Assembly (NCBI RefSeq): GCF_009914755.1
Contig: NC_060940.1
Reading direction: 5' to 3' (one strand)
Source: the human T2T-CHM13v2.0 reference genome, Homo sapiens
Length of the DNA stretch: 64,000 bases
Shown: piece by piece, positions 1-13,600 of the stretch
Layout: every line of letters begins with the position of its first letter
How positions within the stretch are numbered: position 1 is the first letter of the stretch
Made by a program: the position numbers and the translations under genes
The notes under the pieces: generated by a model
Database searches by the model: none
What the model was told of the DNA's origin: nothing
Seen by the model: only the letters and a program-made list of their open reading frames with translations

Positions 1-324
1 GATTGCAATGGAGGCTTAAATCTCCAATTTCGTAATATGACTGAAAAGGCCCAGCATGATCTGGCCCTTCCCACATCTCTATGCCCCAGTGCCTCCCCGC
101 TGCCTGCAGCCACCTGTTGTCCCTTTGGGTCCTCCAATGCTCTGAGCTCCTTTGCACCTTGGGACTTCACGTGTACTTCTCTCCTTCATTTAACAGAACT
201 CCATTTAAATTCTACTTTCTTAGAATCTACTCATTCTCAATTAGCCCCCTCCCTTTATACTCTTAGAGGTTTCTGTATTTTCTCCCCTTCTTGATACCTA
301 TTGAAAGTTATTTCACTTTACTGT

Positions 325-925
325 TTTTTGTTTTTTTTTTTGACTCAGGGTCTTGCTCTGTCACCCACGCTTGAGTGCAGTGGCGCAGTCACAGCTTACT
401 ACAGCCTCGAACTCTGCGACTCCACTGAGCCTTTTGCCTCAGCCTCCCGAGTAGCTGGCACTACAGGATAATTTTTTTTGTATTTTTTTGTGAAGAGAGG
501 GGTCTCGGCCAGGTGCTGTGGCTCACACCTGTAATCCCAGCACTTTGGGAGGCTGAGGCGGGCGGATCATGAGGTCAGGATTCAAGACCAACCTGGCCTA
601 GATGGTGAAACCCCATCTCTACTAAAAATGCAAAAATTAGCTGGGTGTGGTGGCGTGTGCCTGTAATCCCAGCTACTCGGGAGGCTGAGGCAGAGAATTG
701 CTTGAACCCGGGGGGCAGAGGTTGCCATGAGCCGAGATCCACACCACTGCATTCCAGCCTGGACGACAGAGTGAGACTCCAACTCGAAGAAAAAAAAAAG
801 AGAGAGAGAGAGACGGGGGGTCTCACTATGCTGCCCAGGCTGGCCCCAAACTCTTGGGCTCAAGTGATTCTCCCACCTTGGTCACCTCGTGCTGGGATTA
901 CAGGCATGAGCTACCATGCCCAACC
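325..925 (-). mobile_element. AluJ (minus) split by an inserted AluS (plus, ~507-800)
   Basis: Antisense Alu arms at 325-506 and 810-925; sense Alu between them, flanked by a duplication resembling AGAG..GGGGGTCTC. Confidence 0.85.
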
Positions 926-1309
926 CCTACTAAAATGTAAAGTTATATATTTATTTCCTTGATTATCAGTTTATGTGTCTGTGTCATTAGAACATAAGTC
1001 ATGTGGTGGAAGAGATCAGGTCTGCTTGATCATTCTATCTCCAGTGTCCCATATGTAGTTTGCACTATTACTTGTTGAATGAATATGGAGAGTTCTCCAT
1101 TTTATGGATGATTCCAATTATTTCTCACCACACCTCTCGAGTCCCTTGACATAGGTATCGTCACCCCATTTTACAAAAAAGGAAATGGATTGGTGGTGAC
1201 ACAATTTGCCCAAGATCATGTAGCCAGTGCATAGTGGGGTGAATTGCAAATTCAAGTAGAACATGAAAACCTGTGGTTTTCCTTCGTAGCATCTTCTAAA
1301 TACTTGTTT

Positions 1310-1830
<521 letters not shown>

Positions 1831-1908
1831 TCATGTGTCACACTACCATGGGCTGCTGTTGTCATATTCTCTAATCTGGTCTTCAGGTTTCTCTCTGGAG
1901 AGTGGCCA

Positions 1909-2476
1909 TGAGCCAAGGTAGCCACTTTCTAGGAGAGCCCTCAACAGGAAAAGAGTTAGGTTCAGGTGTGAAGGGCAGGTGAGACACAATGAGAAGGTGA
2001 AATCGTGATGCATGAAACAAAAATTGTATTATTTACAGATCCAGAGAGGTCGGAGTTGCCAACAGGAGGCTACAGGAAGTCTGGAGGCCACAAGGAACTC
2101 AACCAATGGGCAGAGAGCAAGAGAGGGAGGGCCTCGGGGAGCAGGACTTTATTAAGGTCCAGGGGCATCATCCCTTAGATTTTCCCAGGGGCCTATGGAT
2201 TGGCTAGTTTAAGGAAAACATGTTTGAGAAGGGGGAAATTTATTTACATGAATCTGGTGTTGACCATTGTGTTTTATCATGATCAGCAGTCATTGGTGTG
2301 TTGGGCTTAGGGTCAGTGGGATGAGGAACAAGCGGGCTATACTGCAAACAGGGACAGGAGGAGAGGAATTTTTAACTAGGCCAAAGGTGATGAGGTACAA
2401 CTGGTTTTCAAACCACCTATGTCAGGCCTAACGGTGGGCGTGGAGGCAGCAAGTGTGTTACACAAATTTACGACAG
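1909..2476 (-). mobile_element. Probable ERV solo LTR, family unresolved
   Basis: TG...CA-bounded block of LTR-like composition; family not confidently recognised. Confidence 0.4.
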
Positions 2477-2496
2477 TCACACACTGTGCTTGGGTC

Positions 2497-2957
2497 TGAG
2501 GATGGTTAAAGAAAAAATTATTGTCACACATGTTGGAATGGTTAGTAAGACTTTGCGCAGGTCTATCGCAACAGGTGTCAAGACTATCATAATCATCTTA
2601 GGAGAGATTAGGCTCAACTTAGAATATAGCACAGACACCTGAGGATTGATCACCAGTGAGAAGACTGAGGGGGATCAATCGAAAGAAAATTACTAAGAGG
2701 AGACATAGAGAATAGGGAGATTCTTACTAGAGACAGGTCAAGGACTTATATACCAAAAGTTGTGGGGGAGGAAATTGAGCAGGTACGGAGGGTGATCAGA
2801 TATCAAGGGTATGGAGGTTCTTGCTAAACTGACATAGTAACATTCAAGCTAAAACTGGGACAGGCAGGCCAAAGACAGCACTTTAGTTTTATCCAAAGTC
2901 AAAGCCTAGTCAAGAAGAGGAGCCTTACTAAAGTTTACCCAAGGAGAGTCTTTGTCA
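2497..2957 (-). mobile_element. MER31/MER67-family ERV1 LTR
   Basis: Reverse complement starts TGACAAAGACTCTCCTTG..AAACTTTAGT.AGGCTCCTC. Confidence 0.7.
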
Positions 2958-4194
2958 GGTACTAGAGTGAACAATGTAGTCAGTTTCTTGAGCCCAGAGT
3001 TAGATAAAGTGACAGTCTAACAGCCTATGATGTCTTGGCAGCTTATTGTGGGCTATGACCCTCCTTTGGGTTTTATTTTCTTGTATCAATAATTGAGCAA
3101 GATGACACAAGGTGGAGGTAGCGGTAGTGGAGTGGGGAAGGTGTGGGAAAAGATGTGGCAACCTGCGTGGCAAGTGAGTTTCAAGACCTGCTAAGCATAA
3201 TTCATTCACCTGGGAGAGAGTGTGAGGCAGCCAGCCCAGGGCTGGGTTTTGGTCTCAGCTCCCCACCTCCCTGGGTATCTGGCCTTTTCTCCTGGACTGT
3301 CCTATCCTGGGTGTGTCTTCTAACCCTACTGTGCCACTGAGATTCACAGTGCCTTGGTTTTGCCTCTCTCTGACAAAGAATCAGCCTTCAAGAGTCGGGG
3401 AACCGGGAAAACAAGTTGCTGCTTGATTATATTGTACCTTTCTCATTCTTGCATTTTGTGTGTGTTCCTGAAAGCCCCACTTCCCAGCCTTATAGGTACA
3501 GTGAGAACACACACAATGTACACACATACTTGCGGGTTCATTCATTCAGACAACATCTACTGAGCATCTTACTGTGTGCTAAGTGCTATCAAGATATAGA
3601 GATGGATGAAACACTTATCCACAAGCTCAGACATCCGTACAGTCACAGTGTGTGTTTGGGCATGTAGATAAGAACTCATGATTGAAGCTTAGATTTGAAA
3701 AGCTTCATGAGAGAGAGAACATAGTAATGACTATCATTTAAGAAACACTATATGTCCAACATTGTTCCAGAATTTCATGCACATTAACAATCTGCAACAA
3801 TCCTGTAAGGTAGATCTGACAATTAAGCTCCTTTACAAGGAGGCTTAAGGAGACTACCTTGTCAAAGACACAAAGCAATGCAGTAGTGAAGCTGGGATTG
3901 AAACTCAGAGCTGGTACACACCACATTGTACAACACACTGTGGAGGTATCATAGCCCCTACTGCAGTATCGTGCAAACTGGTAACTTACAATGGGCATTC
4001 AGAGCTGGGAAGTTTACTTCCACTTGGGGATCAGAGGAACATGAAAACCTATTCAATATGATCACAAAACAGAAAGGGACTGTGGCAGAACTTGGTAGAC
4101 ACTAGGGAAGCTGAACCACTACTAGTAGCAGCTGGGTTCTCAAAAGCTCATATTGTGCTGGAAAGCACTTCTCTTTCTTGCAATGTGATGTGTC

Positions 4195-4556
4195 TCAGAC
4201 CTCACTGTGAACACAGCTCACCTGGGAATCATGGTAAAACTCAGGCTCCAATTCAGCAGGTCTGGTTGGGACCTGGGACTCTGCATGCCTACCAAGCTCC
4301 CAGCTCATGCCAATGCTGTTAATCCGTAGAATACGCTTGGACAAGCAAAGCTCTGGGGCAGCAGTTCTCAAAGTGAGGTATTGAGAACCAGGTAGCAGCA
4401 GCAGCATCACCCAGAAGCATGCTAGAAATGCAAATTCCAAGGCCCCACTCCAGAACAAATGAATCAGGAACTCTAGGGTGGAGCCCAGGAATCTGCACTT
4501 TCACAAATTCTTCAGGTGATGCTGACGCACATTGAAGTTTGAGAACCACTGCTCTA
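4195..4556. mobile_element. MER5-family hAT-Charlie MITEs (MER5A ~4359-4556 plus adjacent fragment)
   Basis: CAGCAGTTCTCAAAGTG...AGAAATGCAAATTC...GTTTGAGAACCACTG. Confidence 0.75.
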
Positions 4557-6575
4557 GACAGCAGTGTATTCTCCTTCTCTGCTCTCCTTCATTTATAATG
4601 TTTTTTTTTTTTCTGTTAGATGCTCTGATTCGCTTCTAAATGAGGGAGGAAGTCCTGATATACTTGCTACCTGCTCGGGAGACCAATGCAAAACTCTTCC
4701 TAAAAAAGCCTCTCTAAACTTCTCAAAGATGGCAGACTCTGCGTAGTTAAGTGGTAAAACCCCCGGCCAGACTCCAGACTCACCTTCATCCAGATTCACC
4801 TTTAGTCTGTGCTATACATGATAGTTAATATGTGACATACATATATGTCTATACACACATTTGCATATGTAGGCTTTGTACCACCTCATAGATTTGTTGT
4901 AAGGCACACACTTATCTACAAGGAACATTTCCAAGATCCAAATGTAACAGCAACAACATAATAGAAATAAAAACGCTGAACACGTATTATTTCAGAGAAA
5001 TAACTCATTCTTTGATTAACATGATCTCGGTGTTTGTTAGCTGGAAGGTTCTAATTTCTCAGTAATAGAGCATTCAAGGCTATTAGCATAATTTTATGAC
5101 CCCTAACTATAATTCAATGAAAATTGAGATGTTTGTTTCCACTGTATCAAATTTGCCTCTGCTGGATACTGGAAATCCATTGACTGAAGTGCTGTACCAG
5201 TTAAGCTAGAATGGGGTAAGCAGTAAATAAATAAACACAAATTTTCAGTGGCTTATTTTTATTACATGCCACGCTCACATTATATGTCCAACATGGTATG
5301 TGTGTATATAATAGCAAGAGTAGGGGAATGGGTGGAGGAGAGCCCTCCTCCAATCACCCAAGACCCAGGCTCACAGAGCTCTAGCATCTTGGGACACAGT
5401 TCCCTCAATGTGTGGCTCCAAGGATACTGTTGCAAGGCAGAAACAGGATACTCCTGCAGTGGTTTTTTCACTGTCTTAGCCATAAGAGGCACACATCACT
5501 TTCACTCACATGTCATTAGCCAGAACAAGTCTCATGACTCTGCCTAGTTGTGAGGGAAGAGGAGTCTCCTATGTGTCCAAGAAGAAAGGGAGAACTAGAA
5601 ATCGGTGAGCAACAGTATTATCTTCACACTCAGCTGAAACATGTTACACTTGAATGCCTATAAGCATAATAAGGTAAAAAGATGAGCAACAATCAGCTCA
5701 AAAAGATCTCTGTAAATCAGCACACGTGACATTGCCATTGAGGGAGCATTTATTATGTACCAAGAACTCACTATCCTATTTCATGTACATAATTTCAACC
5801 GGTGCTGAAACAGCCCTGATGGGGTGGCCCCATTATCTAACCTACCAGTTTAAAACTGCAGGCAAGATCTGAGGCCGGATTTGAATCCAGTTTCAACTGT
5901 CTCTGTAGCACCCGGACTTAATCCACATGTGATACCCCTCAGTGACGATGCCGGCTCCTCCCCTTCAAAACTCTTTGATTACTCATTGCCTTTCTGTGGA
6001 CTTCGTAGTTGTTAAAATCCTATTCTACCAGGGACAAACCACAATCTCTGCAGGCCCTTCTCCAGTGTACTGGACTGGGTCCAGGACTGCAACTAGTGTG
6101 GACTTTGTAAGGTCAGTTCCCAAAAAACGTGATTAGTAAAACACACAGAGGATGCCCCACCCCTCAGAAGTAAGGGCAGGTTTAAGACTTATATGCTGAT
6201 CTACTCTCACTTTCTCTTTTGCCCTACTGAGAGGGGTAAGAACTCTGGTCCTCCCCAGCAGCTACAGGGGCCCATCATCTGTGGACACACTACAAGGAAA
6301 ATACAAGGTAGAAACATTTAACAGGACACAGACATGGAATGAAAAAGAGAGAATTGTTCTTGTTTTCTTCCCTTGGCTACCTGGAAATTCAAAGATAAAT
6401 GTAAATGCTTTGAACATCTTAGCACCTTATCCTTGGCTTCTGGTAAAATTACTGCCTCTGACCCCGCCCCCCCGCCCCCCCCAATTACCACTTATACAGT
6501 TCACTTTCCCCACTTAGCTTCTGCGTTAATATCAGTTCAATCACCTTACACCATTTTTTTAATAGGCAGGATATA

Positions 6576-6704
6576 CAGGCACAACTTATTTCATTGCACT
6601 GCAGTTTATTATCCTTTGCAGATATTGGGTCTTTTAAAAATTGAAGGTTTGTGGCAACCCCACATCAAGCAAGTCTATCAGTGTCATTTTTCCAATACCA
6701 CGTG
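6576..6704. mobile_element. Tigger1 terminal fragment (TcMar DNA transposon)
   Basis: TA + CAGGCAC..TTATTTCATTGCAC...AAATTGAAGGTTTGTGGCAACCC..CAAGCAAGTCTATCAGTGTCATTTTTCCAA resembles the Tigger1 end; truncated at the satellite. Confidence 0.75.
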
Positions 6705-9700
6705 TGATCTTTCTGCTACTATCACAGCGGGTGTACACCTTGTGATATTATGCATGATATCCTCGCGATCTTTCTGCTACTATCACCTTGGGTGTACACC
6801 CAGTAATATTATACATGATATCTTCACGATCTTTCTGCTATCACAGTGGGTGTACACCCTCTGATATTACACATGATATCTTCACGGTCTTTCTGCTACT
6901 ATCACAGTGGGTGTATACCCTGTGATATTATGCATGATATCCTCGAGATTTTCCAGGTGATATCGCAGCGCATGTACCCCATGTGTGTGCACCCTGTGAT
7001 GTTATGTAGGATATCCTCGCGATCGTTTTGCTAATGTCAATCGCAGTCACTTTACATCCTGTGTGTACACCTTGTGATGTTATGCAGGATATCCTTGCGA
7101 TCTTCCCACTAATATCAATCAATTACAGTGCCTGTAAACCCTGGGGTATACCCTGTGATGTTATGCAATATATCCTCGTGATCTTTCCGCTAATATCAAT
7201 CACAGTGGCTGTACACCGTGTGTACACCCTGTGATTTTATGCAAGACATCCTTGCCAACTTTTCGCTGATAACAATCAATCACAGTGGCTGTGCACCCTG
7301 TGTGTACACCCTGTGATGTTACGCAGAATATCCTAGAGATCTTTCTGCTAATATCAATCCATCACAGTGGCTGTACACCCTGTGTGTACACCCTGTGATG
7401 TTACTCATGCTATTCTCGCGATCTTTCCGCTAATAGCAGTCAATCACAGTGGCTGTACATTCTGTGTGTACACCCTGTGATGTTACGCAGGATACCCTCG
7501 CAATCTTTTTACTAATATCTATCAATCACAATGGCTGCACACCCTGTGTGTACACCCTGCGTGTATAATCTGTGATATTATGCATATTTATGCATAGTAT
7601 CCTCACGATCTTTTTGCTAATGTCACAGTAAGTGTACACCTGCGATATTAACTATGGCATCCTGACAACCTTTCTGCTAATATCACAGTGGGTGTACACC
7701 CTGTGTGCACACGCTGCGATATTATTCATGACATCGTTGCGACCTTTCCGCTAATATCACAGTGGGTGTATGCCCTGGGTGCGCACCCTGCAATACTATG
7801 CATGATATCCTCCCGATCTTTCTGCTAATATCACAGGGGCTTTACACCATGTGATATTAGACATGATATTCTCGCGATCTTTCTGCTAATATCACAGTGA
7901 CTGTTACACCCTGCGTTACACCATGTGATCTTATACATGATATCCTCCCGATCTTTCTGCTAATATCACAGTGGCTTTACACCATGTGATATTATACATG
8001 ATATCCTCCCGATCTTTCTGCTAATATCACAGTGGCTTTATACCATGTGATATTATACATGATATCCTCCCGATCTTTCTGCTAATATCACAGTGGCTTT
8101 ACACCATGTGATCTTATACATGATATCCTCCCGATCTTTCTGCTAATATCACAGTGGCTTTACACCATGTGATATTATACATGATATTCTCGCGATCTTT
8201 CTGCTAATATCACAGTGGCTTTACACCATGTGATATTATACATGATATTCTCGCGATCTTTCTGCTAATATCACAGTGGCTTTACACCATGTGATATTAT
8301 ACATGATATCCTCCCGATCTTTCTGCTAATATCACAGTGGCTTTACATCATGTGATATTATACATGATATTCTCGCGATCTTTCTGCTAATATCACAGTG
8401 GCTTTACACCATGTGATATTATACATGTGATATTATCATGTATAATATCATGTATAATATCATGTATAATATCATGTATAATATCCTCCCAATCTTTCTG
8501 CTAACATCACAGTGGCTGTACAGCCTGTGATATTATATACGTGATATCCTCGCGATCTTTCTGCTAATATCACAGGGAATGTACACCCTGTGTTCACATC
8601 CTGCGATATTATGCATGACATTTTCCCTACCTTTCTACTGATATCACAGTAGGTGTACACCCTGTTTGCACACCCTGCGATACTATTCATGACATCCTCG
8701 TGACCTTCCTGCTAATATCACAGTGAGTGTACACCCTATGTGCACACCTTGCGATGCTATGCATGACATTCTCGCGACCTTTCCGCTAACATCACAGTAG
8801 GTGTACACCCTGGATGCACACCTTGCGATACTATGCATGATATCCTCGCGATCTTTCTGCTACTATCACAGTGGGTGTTCACCCTATGATATTATGCATG
8901 ATATCCTGGGGATCTTTCTGTTACTATCATAGCGGGTGTACACCCTGTGTGTATATTCTGTGATATTATGCATGATATTTTTGCTATCTTTCCGCTAATA
9001 TCAGTCACAGTGGGTGTACATCCTGTGTTTACACCCTGTGGTCTTAAGCATGATATACTCCCTATCTTTCTGCTAGTATCACCGTGGGTTTACACCCTGT
9101 GTGGACACCCTGTGATATTATGCATGATATTCTCATGATCTTTCCGCTAATATCCATCACAGTGGGTGTACATTGATATTACGCGTGTACACTCTGTGAT
9201 ATTACACATGATATCCTCACGCTCTTTCTGCTAATATCACAGTGGGTGTACAGCCTGTGAGATTATGAATAATATCCTCGAGATATTTTTGCTACTTTCA
9301 CAGTGGTTGTACACCCTTTGTGTACACCTTGTAAATTTATGCACAATATATTCGAGATACTTCTGCTACTGTGACAGTTGGTGTACACCCTGAGTGTACA
9401 CCTTGTGAGATTATGCGTAATATCCTAGAGATATTTCTGCTACTGTCACAGTGGGTGTACACTCTGGGTGTACACCCTGTTATATTGTGCACAATATCCT
9501 TGAGACATTACTGCTTGTATCACATAGTGGGTGTACACCCTGTGATATTATGCCTAATATCTTGAGGGATTACTGTTAATATCACAGCGTGGGTACACCT
9601 TGTTTGTAATCCCCTCTGATATCATGCCTAATATCTTCTTCGAGAGATTACTGCTAATATTACAGGGGGTGTATCCCCCATGTGTACCTTTCCTGAGATA

Positions 9701-10588
9701 TTATGCCTAACATCTTCTTAGAGAAATCCTACTAGTAGCACAGGGGTGGTACACCCTGTGTGTCCACCCTGTGATATTATGTTTAATATCTTCTTCAAGA
9801 GGTTACTCCCAATATCACAGTGGGCGTACTCACTGTGTGTACACCCTGTGATATTATTCATAATATTTTCGATATTACAGCTAATATTGCAGTGGATGTA
9901 CACCTTGTGTGTAAACACTGTTAAAATATTCATAATATCTTTGATATTGCCACTAAAATCACAGTGGGTGTACACCCTGTGTGCATACTCCGTGATATTA
10001 TTCATAATATTTTCGATATTACAGCTAATATCACAGTGGATGTACACCCTGAGTGTACACACTGTGAAAATATTCATAATATCTTCGATATTGCTGCTAA
10101 TATCGCAGTGGGTGTACACTCTGTGTGTATACTCCGTGATATTATTCATAACATTTTCATATTACCACTAATATCACAGTAGGTGTACACCCTGTGATAT
10201 TGTTCATAATATATTCAATATTACCACTAATATCAGAGTTCGTGTACACCCTGTGATATTATTCATTATACCTTCAATATCACCGCCACCATCACAGTGA
10301 GTGTACCCCCTGTGATAGTATTAATATATTCGACATTACTGCTAATATCACAATGGGTGTATACCCTGTGATGTTATTTATATCTTTTATATTACTGCTA
10401 ATATCACAGTACTGCTATCACACTTGGTGTACATCCTGTGATGTTACTCCTAATATTTTAGATTTTACTGCTGATATCCCAATGGGTGTACACCCTGGTT
10501 GTACATCCACTGTGATATTATTTATAATATCTTTGATATAATGGCTAATATCACAGTGGGTGTACACCCTGTGATATTATTCATAATA
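6705..10588. repeat. SATR1/SATR2-like satellite, domain A (61-76 bp units, core AATATCACAGTGGGTGTACACCCTGTGATATT)
   Basis: Tandem degenerate units seen directly; core resembles the recalled primate SATR1/SATR2 consensus. Confidence 0.85.
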
Positions 10589-10600
10589 ACATGGAAGCCG

Positions 10601-13600
10601 TGTGTAAACATTGGATATTATAAATATCAGAGTGATATTTCATTAATATCACAGTGTGTAAACATTGTGTTAACACAGTATGTTATAAATATGAGAGCAA
10701 TATTTCATTAATATCATGGTTTGTAATCACTGAGTGTAAATACTGGATATGATAAGTATTAGAGTGATATTTCATTAATATAACAGTGTGTAAACAGTGT
10801 GTGCAAACACTGATATTATAAATATCGGAGCAATATTTTATAAATATCACAGTGTGTAAACACTGGATATTTTAAATATGAGGGGGATATTTCATTACTA
10901 TTACAGTGTGTAAACACTTGATGTTATAAATATCAGAGTCATATTTCATTATTATCAACGTGTTTAAACACTGTGTAAACACTGATATTACAAATATCAG
11001 AGTGACATTTCTTTAATATCACAGTGTGTAAACACTGAATAATATAAATATCAGAGCGATATTTCATTAATATCAATAGTGTGTAAACACTGAATATTAT
11101 AAATATCACAGTGATATTTCATTAATATCATAGTGTGTAAACACTGTGTCTAAACACTGGATATGATAAATATTAGAGCAAGATGTCATTAATATCCCAG
11201 TGTGTAAACACTGTGTCTAAACACTGAATATTATAAATATCAGAGTGACATTTCATTAATATTTTAGTGTATAAGCACTGGATGTTATAATTATCAGAGC
11301 GATATTTCATAAACATCACAGTGTGTACACCACTGCCATTATAAATATCATGGCGATATTTTATTACTATCACAGTGTGTAAACACTGGATATTATAAAT
11401 ATCAGAGCCATATTTCATTACTATCACAGTGTGTGAATACTGAATATTATACATCTCAGAGCAATATTTCATTAATATCACAGTGTGTAAACACTGGATA
11501 TTATAAATATCAGAGCCATATTTCATTAATATCACAGTGTGTAAACACCGGATATTATAAATATCAGAGTGATATTTCACTCACTGAATATTATAAACAT
11601 CATCAGAGAGATATTTCATTAATATCACTGTGTGTAAACCCTGAATATTATAAATACCATCAGAGAAATATTTCATTAATATCACAGTGTGTAAACAGTG
11701 GATATTGTAAATATCATCACACTGATATTTCATATATATCACTGTGTGTAAACACTGGATATTACAAGTATCATCAGAGTGATATTTTGTTAATATCATA
11801 GTGTGTCAATATTGGATATTACAAGTATCATCAGAGCAATATTTCATGAATACTACAGTGTGTAAACACTGGATATTACAATTATTATCATCAGAGCGAT
11901 ATTTCATTAATATCACAGCGTGTAAACCCTGGATATTACATGTATCCTCATCAGAGCAATATTCATTAATATCACAGTTTGTAAACCCTGGATACAATAA
12001 ATATCAGAGCGAAATTTCCCTAAAATCACAGTGTGTACATCCTGGATACTATAAATATCAGTGCAAAATTTCCCTAGTATCACAATGTGTAAATCCTGGA
12101 TACTCTAAATATGAGACCGAAAATTCCCTGGTATCACAGTGTGTAAACCCTGGATTTTATAAATATCAGAGCTAAATTTCCCCAGTATCACAGTGTGTAA
12201 ACCCTGGACACTATAAATATCAGAACAAAATTTTCCTAGTATCACAGTGTGTAAACCCTGGATACTATAAATATCAGAACAAAATTTTCCTTGTATCACA
12301 GTGTGTAAGCCCTGGATACTATAAATATCAGAACAAAATTTTCCTAGTATCACAGTGTGTAAACACTTTGTGTAAACACTGGAAATTATATGTATCAGAC
12401 TGATATTTCACTAGTGTCACAGTGTGTAAACCCTGTGTGTAAACTCTGGATATTATAAATATCAGAGCGATATTTCACTAATGTTACAGTGTGTAAACGC
12501 TGTATATTATAAATATCAGGGTGAAATTTCACTAATGTCTCAGTATGTAAATACTGGATATTAGTAATATCAGAGAGAAATTTTACTAATGTCGCAGTGT
12601 ATAAACACTAGATATTACAAATATCAGAGCGAAATTTCCCTTGTATCACAGTGTGTAAAAAGTGGACACTATAAATATCAGACCGAAATTTCCCTAGTAT
12701 TACTGTGTGTAAACACTGGATACTATAAGTATCAGAGCGGTATTTCACTAGTATCACAGCGTGTAAACACTTTGTGTAAACACTGGATATTATACATATC
12801 AGAATGATATTTCACCAGTATTACAGTGTGTAACCACTGGAGATGATAATTATCAGGGTGATATTTCACTAGTATCACAGTGTGTAACCACCGGATATTA
12901 TAAATATTAGAGCGATATTTCTTTAATATCACAGCATGTAAGCCCTGTGTGTAAACACTGGATATTATAAATATCACAGCGATATTTCGCTGATATCACA
13001 GTGTGTAACCACTGGGTATTGTAAATATCACAGTGATGTTTCACCAATATCACAACGTGTTACTAGTGGATATTGGAAATATCACAGCGATGTTTTGCCA
13101 ATATCACAGTGTGTAACCACTGGAAATTGTAAATATCACAGTGATATTTCGCCGATATCACAGTGTGTAACCAGTGTGTAATCACAGGATATTGTAAATA
13201 TCAGAGCAATATTTTGCTGGTATCACAGTGTGTAAACTTGATACTGTAAATATCACAGCAATATTTCACTGATATTACAGTGTGTAAACACTGGATATTG
13301 TAAATATCACAGCGATATTTCACTGATATCACAGTGTATAAACTCTGGATGTTGTCAATATCACAGTGATATTTCACTAATATCAGAGTGTGTAAACACA
13401 GGATATCGTAAATATCACAGCAATATTTCAGTGATGTCACAGTGTGTAAGCACTGTGTGTAAACACTGGATATTATGAATATCACAGCGATATTTCATTA
13501 GTATCACGGTGTGTAAACACTGGATATTATAAATATAACACCGATATTTCCTTAATATCATGATGTGTAAACACTAGATATTATAAATATTGCATCGATA

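Noticed and set aside
11173-13485. Repeat-protein gene from Cys/His/Tyr-rich 18-aa periodic ORFs (zinc-finger-like appearance)
   Set aside because: Periodicity follows the 54-bp unit; 13-bp duplications and frequent stops break the frame; no C2H2 spacing or splice structure.
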